From: Paraspadella gotoi
Taxonomy: Eukaryota > Animalia > Chaetognatha
Assembly: GCA_051294375.1 (NCBI GenBank)
Contig: CM119264.1
Span: forward strand, 22,593,826-22,657,825
DNA length: 64,000 nt
Direction: 5' to 3'
A model generated the notes under the pieces. It was not told where the DNA came from. It saw only the letters and a program-made list of their open reading frames with translations, and ran no database searches. This document shows, piece after piece, positions 41,934-51,939 of this stretch. The translations under genes were made by a program, and so were the position numbers. Each line of letters starts with the position of its first letter. Within the stretch, counting starts at the first letter, position 1.

Positions 41934-44900
41934 CCTCTCTCCCTCTCTTCTTCCTTTCTCACCCTGGAGGTCAAAACGAGGTAAATCGGCGAATTGGTTT
42001 TTTTTTCTTTCTCCGGTGAAAAGAAAGAAGGGAATGATGAGTGACGTTTTGTGACGCGTTGTGGCGTGAACGTGACGTCAATGTAGACATGGAAACGATG
42101 CTCTGTTTCCTTTCTTGCTATTTACGTTGATTCATGAAATTGGTACAACCAATATGTTATATTTGGCGATATAAATGCTTGTTGTTATCGGATTTTGTTA
42201 TCATATTTCGTCACAATTGAACTTGCCAAAAAAAAATATATATATATTCCATTTCAGTGTCAATACATAATCTTAGGGATAAATACCAACGTATAAACTA
42301 CCATCTATCCATTTACTTCGTTGATACATTTTTACCTAAAAGTTATTTCAAGTTTTCCAATTCTTTTCTCAACTGTTTTATTAATTTTTCAAGTTGGCTC
42401 CATTCATCCCCATTTTCCTTTATTTCCTCATATTCTTCATTTCATTCAACTTTTCTCTACTTTCATGAATCTCGTTTTCCGTTTGTCCCCCAGTCTCGTT
42501 TTTCCTTCTTTCTCTCCTCAAGATTTTTCTCGCTTTATTTAAAACGTCGTTTGGTCTTTCCTTCCTTCGACCCTCATCATTCTCGAGTCTTTTATTCCCA
42601 AATCCTCTATTTCTTCTTTCCTCCCTTTACTCTCCATTTCTCCTTTCCTCCCTTTACCATCCATTTCTTCTTTCCTCCCTTTACCCTCCATTTCTTCTTT
42701 CCTACCTTTACTCTCCATTTCTTCTTTCCTCCCTTTACTCTCCATTTCCTCCTTTCCTCCCTTTACCTCCATTTTCCTTCCTCCTTTTACCCTCCATTTC
42801 TCCTTTCCTCCCTTTACCCTCCATTTCTTCTTTCCTCCCTTTACCCTCCATTTCTTTTCCTCCTTTTACCTCCATTTCTTCTTTCCTCCCTTTACATATT
42901 TCTCTTTTCCTCCCTTTACCCTCCATTTCTTCTTTCCTCCCTTTACCATTCCATTTCTCTTCCTCCTTATTTCCTTTCTTATTTCCCTCCTCTACCTCAT
43001 TTCTTTTCTCCCTTTACCCTCCATTTCTCCTTTTCTTTCTCCCTTTACCCTCCATTTTCTTCTTTTCCTCCCTTTACCCTCCATTTCTTCTTTCCTCCCT
43101 TTACCATCCATTTTTCTTTCCTTCCCTTTTACCCTCCATTTCTTCTTCCTACTTTACTCTCCATTTCTTCTTTCCTCCTTTACTCTCCATTTCTCCTTTC
43201 CTCCCTTTACCTCCATTTCTCTTTTCCTCCTTTTACCCTCCATTCTCTTTCCTCCTTTACCCTTCATTTCTCCTTTCCTCCCTTTACTCTCCATTTTTTC
43301 TTTCTTCCCTTTACCCTTCATTTTCTCCTTTCCTCCTTTTACCCTTCATTTCTCCTTTCCTCCCTTTACCCTCCCTTTCTCTTTCCTCCTTTTACCCTTC
43401 ATTTCTTCTTTCCCTCCTTTACCCTTCATTTCTTCTTTCCTGCCTTTACCTCCATTTTCCTTTCTCCCTTTACTCTCCATTTCTTATTTTCCTCCCTTAC
43501 CCTCCATTTCTCCTTTCTCCTTTTACCCTCAATTTCTCCTTTCCCTTTACCCTCCATTCTTCTTTCCTCCCTTTACCCTCCATTTCTCCTTCCTCCCTTT
43601 ACCCACCATTTCTTCTTTCCTCCCTTACCATTCCATTTCTCTTTTCCTCTCTTTACCCTCCATTTCTCTTTCCTCCCTTTACCATTCCATTTCTCCTTTC
43701 CTCCTTTACCTTCATTTCTTCTTTCCTCCCTTTACCCTCCATTTTCTCCTTTCCTCCCTTTACCCTTCCATTTCTCCGTTCCCCCTGTTACCTCCATTTC
43801 TCTTTCCTCCTTTATACCGCTCCATTTCTCCTTTCCTTCCTTTACCCTCCATTTCTTCTTTCCTCCCTTTACCCTCCATTTCTCCTTCCTCCCTTTACCC
43901 TCCATTTCTTCTTTCCTCCTTTACCATTCCATTTCTCCTTTCCTCCCTTTACCCTCCATTTCTTCTTTCCTCCCTTTACCATTCCATTTCTCCTTTCCTC
44001 CCTTTACTCCTTCAGTATCTTCTTTCCTCCCTTTACCCTCCATTTGTAGTCGGGCATTGCCTAGGTTCACCCCGCCGAGAATCATCAATGCCCGACTACA
44101 ATTTTCCTTTCCTCCCTCTTACCATTTTCTTCTCTCCTTCCTTCCTCTACTACAGTCTACCCCTCACCAACGCAATTCCTCACTTTTTAACGTTTCCACC
44201 TTTCCTTTCTTCCCCCCCCCCATTTTTATTTACCTCATCCAACCGCCACCTCAACTTTTCTTCTCTTTTTAACGTCTTTTGGTCTCTCTCTCTCTCTCTC
44301 CTTCTCCTTTCTTAAAAAATTTTCTCTGCTTTGGTTTTTCCATGAATATTTAAATTTTAATCCGCGCTTCTGCTGCCGCTGCTGACGCTGAGGCCTCTCA
44401 CGCCACTTTCGCCATTGACCGTCTTGTCGGGCATCTGCGGCCGCCGTTGCCGTCATTAAAACAATCCTCCCTTAACGCAACCCACCTTCAATCCGGCAAA
44501 ACTATCGGCCATCAGTACCAAGTTACCAGCAACAACCTTTAAATTGACCTTTCAATTGGTTATCCCCGACTTTAAATTGACCTTTCAATTGGCAAGCCCA
44601 GGCTTTAAATTGACCTTTCAATTGGCAAGCCCAGGCTTTAAATTGACATTTCAATTGGCAAGCCCCGGCTTTAAATTGACCTTTCAATTGGCAAGCCCCG
44701 GCTTTAAATTGACCTTTCAATTGACAAGCCCAGGCTTTAAATTGACCTTTCAATTGGTAACCCCCTCCAAACATCTGCCAACCACCAATTTTCACCAGTC
44801 AAGGCTTACCACTCACCAGCCATCACTTACCACCTCCATCTCAACTTTCGAAGTTGTTCCCGGCCTAAGTCGTGACAAATGAAAAATAAAAACAAGAAAT

Positions 44901-46796
44901 CTTCTTTCTAACTTGATAGGCGTAATAAATAACGATAAAACCTGCGCTGAGCTCATAGAAGAAGAAAAAGAACTAGGCACGCCCATGCGATCCGAGGTCG
45001 CGACTGGAAAAAGGAATTCCGGGAGACGGCTTCGATCGAATTTTGTGGTATTATTCTAAATTTTATATGTAAATTGTATTTTTGTACTATGTGCCACGTT
45101 TTTACTGATGGGCTCGAGCTTTTAAAATACATATATGTAGTCATTCAAGAGTTCAATAACCGTAGTTCCTGTAAGCGACAAGAAATATTTAACTCACTAT
45201 ATTTTGTGATAATAATTTCTAGCCGACGAATAGAAAGTATATCATTCCTCATTGTTAATCGTTGTAAACATCCCACCGACATTTTTCTCGGAAACGTAAA
45301 ACTATGGAAAAACTTTTTGGGTTTTATTTTGGTCTGAAACGGAAATGGAGTCGAGTAGATTAACGAGGTTGGGCCCGATGACAAATTGAGTTTGGAAATT
45401 AAGGGAATTTGGAATCGGCGGAACTTGTCGTCGTTGTTGTTTTTCTTCTTTTATAGTTGTTGTTGTTAATTGAGATCCTGAGGGGTAGTTCGAAGGAATG
45501 AAGGCATTTTCTGGGTGAGTGACGTGGACTTTGGAGTAGAAATCGGGGGCGTGGCCCGAAGGGTAAAATGATGGAATGGAAATGAGGCTGAAAGAAAAAG
45601 TGAAAGGGAAAATAAAGGTTTTGGCATCGTCTCAGTCTGCTACTATTTTGTCAAGTGTTCATTTACAAAAGAATTGTTTTTAGTATAAACTCAAAAAAAT
45701 GCTCGATAATTTTTATATGAATTTTATATTTTTATTATAAATACTTTTTTTTCCGAAGAATCTTATCTTGGAGGATCTAAATACCATGCATTTCATTATT
45801 CATCTATTAAAGCGTAAGCTATCAGTTTGTTCTCTAAAAACTTTACCGCGCTGTTTTCCTTTGTTTCGTTTTTGTTTTTCCTTTTTTTATCTCTTTTCCT
45901 TTCACGAGAAACTTTTTTTTCGTTCGTGCCTTCGCGCGTTATCCCGTTACATCCGGAATCACGGAATCCGATATCAGGGAACGAACTTGCACCGAGTTAC
46001 ATCCGGAATCGCGCGTAAACGCCGTATCCGCTTCTATAGAATTCCCCTCGGATGAATAGATTTGAAAAAGGTGTAAAGGGAGAACTATATAATCTAAAAA
46101 AAATGTGCGACCGCGAAAACTGGAGAAAGAGATAGAGATATATTTTTTTTCTTTCCTTCTCTCTCTTCTCTTTTTTTTTACTTTACTTTTCTTAACCTCT
46201 CTCCGTTTTGCCTCGGCTTGCAATTTGCAACAAGCCTCAAAAGCCTTCTTCAAAAGTGCCAAGCGTTTCATAAACATCAGGCGAAGCGGAAAAACGTTGC
46301 CATGAAAACCTGAACGCTCACTGAAGGAGAAGACCAGCTCTTGACATGAATATATGTAAATATGTTTTTAAATGTAAGTATAATTGTATATATTGTATTT
46401 ACTCTTCTTAAAACTTAAGATCATTTCTAAAACGGTTTACGTATATATCAATTCTTTTCCTTTTGTTTTTTTTTTAACTAAGAGAAACATATCGTTTGAT
46501 ATTATTTAATGTACGATCTCTATGTATAACTTCATTAAGGATATTGAATAATTAATAAGAAATTTTTTCCCACGCGTTCGGATCTGGTTCGATTAAGTAA
46601 AAGAAACAGGAAAAAGCGAAACTGAAAACGCGAGAAAAACAAACAAAAGCCTTTGAGCAAAAAAATTGGGAAAACATGGAAAGACCTCGTTGGTAGAGCA
46701 AAGATAAAGCAAAGATCAATCGAACTCACAAAAATTATTTGAACAACATACGTACAATTAATAATACTAATATAAGATGAGAGGCAGGAAAAAAAG

Positions 46797-46840
<44 letters not shown>

Positions 46841-49800
46841 GGGAAAGGTTCCTCGTCAAGACCGCCCACGGCACGCGATTTCAACGTCGCATCGATGCTT
46901 CCTAACTACTGCTACGGCCCCGGCCACCCTTTTATAGAGAAGATGATCATAGTTTGTCTGTGGCTGACTGTGATCACCAGTGGTCGCCCGTGGTCGTTTG
47001 TAGAGGTAACCCTGTTTCATAACTACACTATGCGGTTGTTTCTGTTTCTGTTTTTTTTTTTTTTTCGTAATTAAGGCTGACTGATGCAAGTTGTTTTAAA
47101 AAAACAAATAAGATAAGAACGCGAGGACTGAGAGAGAGAGAAAAACGAAATACGAAAAGGAAGAGAGAGGGAGAAATGAAGAGACAAAGAGAGAAGAGAG
47201 AGAGAAGAGAGAGAAGAGAGAGAAGAGAGAAGAGAGGAGAGAGAGAGGAGAGAGAGAGAGAGTCATAAAATGGTCATTAGCATCTCGAAGAGCCCACACC
47301 GCTTTTCTTGCTCTGGCATATGCTATCATCGAACGGTTTGAAAGGCACATCCGGGGTTCGCGGGCGGAGACGCGGTTGCCACGGGTAACGCAGATGCTTG
47401 TCTCCACCCTCCTCCGTACTAACCCCAGGTGCCGACGGTGCCGGGTAGTGATTGAGAAAGCGAATAAAATTCTGCCCGTTTTTCGATATGATTCATACGA
47501 CGGGCGTTTGACGCGAGCAATTTTCCATATTTGCTGGTTATGGTTATTGTTCAGTAGGCGACGTCATTTCTCGAAATTAACTTTAATAAGAGATTCTAAA
47601 AAGTAGAACGAACACATTATATTAAATGAACATTTAATGTATATCAAAAAATTCATAATTAAATTTTAGCAATATACGCAGTAGGCCATAGTTATAACTA
47701 GTACTGAACCAATTGTTAAATTCAAAAACCTCGTTTTTCTAAGATTTTTTTGCAGATTTGATTCGTGCATAAAAAGTTGTAAAAAGAAATATAAACTTAT
47801 TTTGAAAAATTCCCCGTTTAGAAAGTCATAAGTGGGATCCATAACAAATTAGAAAAAAAGCTATATTTTAAGCTTGAAAAAGTAACTTTTTATATATATA
47901 ATATCAGTTTTTATATAATATTTTAAACCCACTTAATGAAAGAATTTTTAAAAATGGATTTATATTATTCTTTTAATCAAAACTTTGGAGAGGAATTCAA
48001 AATCTGCAATCGAAAATTAAGAAAAGCTTATCTTTGAAATTTATTTCATTTTATAAGGATAAGTAGCTATATATAAATTAGGGCCTACTGCGAAAATTAA
48101 AAAAACATAAAATTAATTTTTTTCACCAAAAATGTTACTGATGGTATGTAGTTCATATTGACTTTTAGAATTTTCGTATGTAAACTTTCACTACGAGCCT
48201 TTATTCGTCAGTGAGGTTCGTTTCTCGATTTAGACTAATGTTATTTACATAAGGCATTTCAATTTTTATTTTTTTTTTTAAACATATCGTTATTACTATT
48301 AACATAAATATTAATTTTTTTATCTTGACTTTCTCTTTTTTTCCGCGTTTGGTTGTTTTTTTTTGATTTATTTATTTATTATATAAATCAAAATTATGTT
48401 GCTTTATTTTTTCCGAAAGAATTTATAAAAGCTAGAGTTGAGTGAACAATTATTAATGATTAATTATATTTATATATTTATATATATATATTATATTATA
48501 TTCAGCCTGTGAATTATAAAAAAGTACCTACAAATAGCCTAAAACTTTTTGTTTAATGTAGCATCTGAATATCTGCATCTCAGTTTAAAATTCGTTCCAT
48601 TTTTTTCTGCTCATTTTTTTTTTTCTTTGATTTTTCTTGGCTTAACGCTTTATTTTGAAATTATATGTTAGATGTATTATCAAATGAGTGACAAATTAAA
48701 ATAAAATAACTTGGTGTTTTTTCTTTTTTGTTGGCTTGTCTTTTTTTGGCGCGACTGTAAAATAATTGTTTCATGCCTGGAGTGACGACTCAATCTCTTC
48801 GTTCGAATGCTTTTTACGAGATTTGTTCATCGATTAATTTAAATTGTACTCAGGATTTTATCCTGCTAACAATATGTACATAGTTACATAGGTTCTTAGG
48901 TATTAATAATGTCATTTTTATCGTGTGTTGTGCCCTTGGCGCCTAAATTAATTTAAAATGTTTTAATTTTCTCAACCTAGTTAACCATAATAAAGAAAAT
49001 AATGACCTTAAAAGGCAGCTTCAGTCACTAAATACATGTGAACGGTCATTTGATTTGACCGAGAGAGAAAGATAGGCAAAAGCATTACGTATATTTTCAG
49101 ACTAGTCCTATTTGATTTTTTTGAATAAAGCCTAAACCTGCCCCCCTTTTTTTTTCTTTTTTTGGCCCCTTTTAGGTTGTGCTGCGTCGGATGGAAAAGC
49201 GATGCAAATGTCACGGGATCTCAGGAAGTTGCGAGCTGAAGACGTGTTGGAGGTCGACGCCTGAATTCCGACTAATCGGAGAAGGATTGAAGGAGGCCTT
49301 CGACAACGCCAAGAAGGTGGGTGAGATGCTCAAGTCCTTCCCTCACTTCATTCATTGCATTCGATTCTCCAATCTTATTTATTCTTTTCGCTTATTCATT
49401 AAACATTAACAAAAAATCCTTTGTCAACGCCAGGTGGAGGCTTACAATTCCAACTCGGGAAGATACCGCTCCTATCGTTTCTATCGCTCCTACGATTCTT
49501 CCTCTCAATCTTCCAATAAGCTTCATCACCGCTCCACCGTCGCCTCTCCTGCCTCCACAAGGTGGCGTCACACCCACCCCAGCTCCACCACCGCTACCCC
49601 CGTCTCCGCCATTCAGCGCCATCGCTCCTCTGCTCCTACCGCCACTCCCCCTGCCCCTACGGATCTCGTTTACTACGAGAAATCCCCGAATTTCTGCGAC
49701 TCGGATCCCAGCGTCGACTCGTTGGGAACTCAAGGTCGAATCTGCAACCGAACGTCGAGAGGTGAGTTCGAGTCGAACCGAGGACAAAAGTTTTTCAATG

Positions 49801-50653
49801 AGGGATCAAATTTTATTCTCATTCGCGACGCCTTCTACACTCGCTACTTAATCCCTACTTTACTCTGCTCCTCTTTTCCCTCTCTTTAATCTACGCTTCT
49901 CACTTACCGCTCCTCATTCCGGCTCCTTTAATTCCCTGCTCCTTTTACTCCGCCCTCTTTTCCCTTCCTTTAATCTACGCCCCTCACTTACCGCTTCTTC
50001 ATTCCGGCTCCTTAATCCGCTGCTCCTTTTACTCCACTCCTCTTTTCTCTCCTTAATCTACGCTTCTCACTTTCCGATCGCTCATTCCGCACCTATTTAT
50101 TTCCCTGCTCCTTTTATTCTGCTCCTCTTTTCCCTCTCTTTAATCTCCGCCCCTCACTTACTGCTCCTCATTCCGGCTCCTTAATCCTTACTCCTTTTAC
50201 TCTGCTCCTCTTTTCTCTCTCTTTAATCCCCATCCCTCGCTTCCGCTCCTCATTCCCAACTCTTCAATTATCTTTCCCCGTTCCTCACAGCCATGGACTC
50301 GTGCGAGACGCTCTGCTGTGGTCGAGGCTACGACGAGTTCCTCGTCAAAAAAGTCCGAAGATGCGACTGCAGGTTCGTTCCGTTGGGTCAGACATTGAAA
50401 CTTTAATGGACGTTAGTATCACAACGATAAACAATTATCAAAAATTATAATAATTAATTCAAAAAAGAAAACTAAAAAACTTTGAGTTGATGATGAGACG
50501 GTTGTGATCTTTCCAAATAAAAACAAATCTAATCTTCGGTTGAATCAAAAATTCATCTCATATAATTCATTTTTGACAAACAGATTTAAATGGTGCTGCC
50601 ACGTTATCTGCGACGAATGCCACTACGAAGAATGGCAAACCACTTGCAAATGA
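19122..50653 (+). CDS. Wnt10: Wnt10 family secreted ligand (spliced core)
   Basis: Exons 19122-19353, 22781-22909, 24736-24849, 26603-26699, 30157-30292, 49176-49316, 49434-49761, 50291-50372 and 50584-50653 join in compatible phases with GT-AG sites. Peptides: [38 protein letters not shown]; [19 protein letters not shown]; [34 protein letters not shown]; [23 protein letters not shown]; [23 protein letters not shown]; CCGRGY; [22 protein letters not shown]. The motifs RWNCSSL, GFRESAF, RDI..HN.RVGR, TPEFR and EW...CK are Wnt10-like. Confidence 0.93.
20774..21856. mobile_element. Non-autonomous foldback DNA transposon with CAC...GTG ends and long TIRs (Chapaev/Transib-like termini)
   Basis: Arms of about 250 bp match as inverted repeats (cacggtagggcagagaggat / atcctctctgccctagcgtg; taagctttaatttga / tcaaattaaagctta). 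The flanks gttg and gctg suggest a 4-bp TSD with one mismatch. Confidence 0.75.
21443..21490 (+). ncRNA. Minimal hammerhead ribozyme motif (degenerate stem I)
   Basis: CTGATGA-A-GGTCT-gaaacta-AGACC-GAAAC-AT-GTT; core and stem II are intact, stem I pairs poorly. Confidence 0.55.
22169..22214 (-). ncRNA. Minimal type I hammerhead ribozyme (Penelope-like)
   Basis: The minus strand reads AAACG-CTGAAGA-A-GGCTT-gaatgcta-AAGCC-GAAAC-AT-GTC-TGTTT, then atcAATAAA. Stem I is 5 bp, stem II is 5 bp, stem III is the palindrome ACATGT and the cleavage triplet is GUC. Confidence 0.72.
22781..22909 (+). CDS. Wnt10: Wnt10 exon
   Basis: [42 protein letters not shown]; ttccag acceptor and GT donor. Confidence 0.92.
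24736..24849 (+). CDS. Wnt10: Wnt10 exon
   Basis: [38 protein letters not shown]; GTAAG donor. Confidence 0.93.
26603..26699 (+). CDS. Wnt10: Wnt10 exon (variable loop)
   Basis: [32 protein letters not shown]; phase 1 in and phase 2 out links 24849 to 30157 exactly; resembles the GD..F...RGK loop of Wnt10. Confidence 0.8.
26703..27486. repeat. Purine-rich minisatellite, unit about 36-37 bp (gaaaatagggaaatagaaaaagggtattggaaggaa), about 21 copies
   Basis: Direct inspection; it begins immediately after a Wnt10 splice donor. Confidence 0.92.
30157..30292 (+). CDS. Wnt10: Wnt10 exon
   Basis: [45 protein letters not shown]; GTAAGT donor. Confidence 0.92.
30452..31085. mobile_element. MITE/HINE-like element with perfect 36-bp inverted ends and an internal (GTCC)n
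   Basis: aacaagtttgagcaaacaatgtcggatctgcccacg (30452-30487) is the exact reverse complement of 31050-31085; a second right end occurs at about 55053-55091. Confidence 0.8.
31275..31476. repeat. Degenerate tandem repeat of about 17 bp containing five perfect TGACGTCA palindromes
   Basis: TGACGTCA at 31314, 31366, 31417, 31434 and 31468, plus TGACGTGA and TGATGTCA variants. Confidence 0.8.
32280..32570. repeat. Degenerate TTAGG/TAAGG-type simple repeat
   Basis: gattagggtaaggattaggttat-like units. Confidence 0.65.
33142..33818. other. Assembly gap (other gaps at 303-327, 37030-37054, 39241-39498, 39596-39862, 39961-40250, 40702-40726, 63014-63038)
   Basis: N runs; the long gaps abut (AG)n/(CT)n tracts, and four short gaps are exactly 25 N. 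Confidence 0.99.
34686..34970 (+). mobile_element. 285-bp solo-LTR-like element (TGT...ACA, 4-bp TSD ACTC) with internal tRNA-like A/B boxes
   Basis: The junction reads actc|TGTAG...CCACA|actc. tRNA-like segment 34742-34813 has an A box TGGCTCATTGAG and a B box GGTTCAATCCC. Homologues lie at 58838-59083 and 44045-44100. Confidence 0.75.
40471..41292. mobile_element. MITE-like AT-rich element with 23-bp inverted repeats
   Basis: ttcgcgagtgacaccaaaaaaat / atttttttggtgtcactcgcgaa, with TTAA close outside both ends. Confidence 0.65.
42610..44044. repeat. Pyrimidine-rich minisatellite, unit about 27 bp (ccctttaccctccatttcttctttcct), about 50 copies
   Basis: Direct inspection; it explains the spurious 671-aa ORF. 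Confidence 0.93.
44045..44100. mobile_element. 56-bp mini-element made of two inverted 5' ends of the 34686 element
   Basis: att|TGTAGTCGGGCATTG-cctaggttcaccccgcc-gagaatcat-CAATGCCCGACTACA|att, inserted at the end of the 27-bp satellite. Confidence 0.72.
44537..44760. repeat. 33-bp tandem repeat, 7 copies (ctttaaattgacctttcaattggcaagccccgg)
   Basis: Exact 33-bp period: TGACCTTT at 44545, 44578, 44611, 44677, 44710 and 44743, with a variant at 44644. Confidence 0.92.
47677..48092. mobile_element. Tc1/mariner-type MITE remnant
   Basis: ta|CGCAGTAGGCC ... GGCCTACTGCG inverted ends around an AT-rich core. Confidence 0.5.
49176..49316 (+). CDS. Wnt10: Wnt10 exon with lipidation motif
   Basis: [47 protein letters not shown]; the palmitoleoylated Ser motif is intact. 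Confidence 0.95.
49434..49761 (+). CDS. Wnt10: Wnt10 exon (long linker plus start of C-terminal domain)
   Basis: VEAYNSN...[37 protein letters not shown]; GTGAG donor. Confidence 0.92.
49848..50258. repeat. Tandem repeat of about 80 bp, about 5 copies, filling a Wnt10 intron
   Basis: ttaatccctgctccttttactctgctcctcttttccc...ctcattccggctcc units. Confidence 0.85.
50291..50372 (+). CDS. Wnt10: Wnt10 exon
   Basis: [28 protein letters not shown]. Confidence 0.92.
50584..50653 (+). CDS. Wnt10: Wnt10 terminal exon
   Basis: [22 protein letters not shown]; AATAAA at about 50761 and 50809. Confidence 0.93.
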
Positions 50654-51903
50654 TCGGGTTTATTTTCAATACTTTATCATCCCGTGAAATTTTTACTACT
50701 AAATTATTTTTTACCTGTAATCGAGGCCCACGATTTTTTTTTTTAGTGCAATCTCAGTTAAATAAACCGTTATTTCTCTTTGTTATTTATGTTTACATTG
50801 TCTCTTTGAAATAAATTATAATTTTTCTCGTTTAAATACAAAGAAGTCCGAAAAACCTTCAATTCCTAGAAATCCCCCGACGCAAACGCACGACGTCAGC
50901 ACAGAAGTAAACGTAACGCTTAAAGTTGCGTCATCTCGTCGGCGAGAAAAATTCAAAAAGAAGAAGCGAGAAAAAGTGCGAGCGGCGTGACCGGATAATT
51001 TTGGGTGAAAAAAAAATTGGCAACGAATTATCTTGGCAGCGACGTAGCCGGCGGCGGCCGGGGCGGCCGGGGCGGCGGCGCGGCCGCGACGGCGGCCGCG
51101 GCGGCGGCGGGGATTCTCAAATCTCGATCACAATCGCATCTCGTCGCGCAGGAACAAAAGAACAATTTACAATTTTTTTTTTGTTGGGGGAGGGGGGGTG
51201 GGAGAGAGAGAGAAGTAGAGTGGAGGAGAGGGAGGGTCGAGAGAGAACGAGGGTGTTCGACGTTCAAAGGTTATTTCATCGTTTTCCTGCCAAATCTCGT
51301 TCTCCTTTAGTTTTTGATTCCGGCGCGAAAATTTTTTTTGTTTCATTTTTTTTTTTAACCCAGCTTTTTTCTCATATCTTAATCAAATTTATTAAAAAAA
51401 AAAAAAATAAAGAAATAAAGGGAAAAAAATTGCTTAGTTTTTAGCATAAAAATGGAAAAGGTTCGTTCGGAATCGTGCGTCAGGGGTTCAATACCTTGGG
51501 AGCCCGTTTTTAGCTAGTGACAGGAGACGGTCACTGAGGGTTCGAATCCTCTACTCCAGTTGGTCAGAAGCCAACGAGAATGGTTTCTCTTGCTACCACA
51601 ACATCTTCTTTTTTCACTCGTACAAACATGTATTCTGATTAAGCTGCGCATTTTTACACCGTTTTTAGACTAAAGCGATACTTAAGATTATAAGAATTTT
51701 CTAAAAAAATCTTCCACCCCGATCCCAAAAAAAATAACAATTTCAGAAAAAATTCTAATCTAAGTATTAGTCCAATCCAAAAGCGGTGTGAAATATATTC
51801 CAAACGAATTTGAGGAATTGATCTTTTATTAGATTCGATAAAACTCAAGATCAAAAGAAAATCGGGGAGGGGGGGAGATGAAGTAACCGGCGTCGACGAT
51901 CGA

Positions 51904-51939
51904 ATCACGTGATCGAATCACGTGATCTAATCACGTGAT
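51904..51939. promoter_or_regulatory. Three tandem ATCACGTGAT E-box palindromes at 13-bp spacing
   Basis: TCACGTGA at 51905, 51918 and 51931. The motif is seen directly; regulatory function is unproven. Confidence 0.4.

Noticed and set aside
42257-44272. 671-aa Phe/Pro/Leu/Ser-rich ORF
   Set aside because: It is the translation of a stop-free pyrimidine-rich 27-bp satellite, with no domain and no splice structure.
44523-44882. 11-aa repeat ORFs on both strands
   Set aside because: Open frames follow trivially from a 33-bp period; there is no start or splice support.
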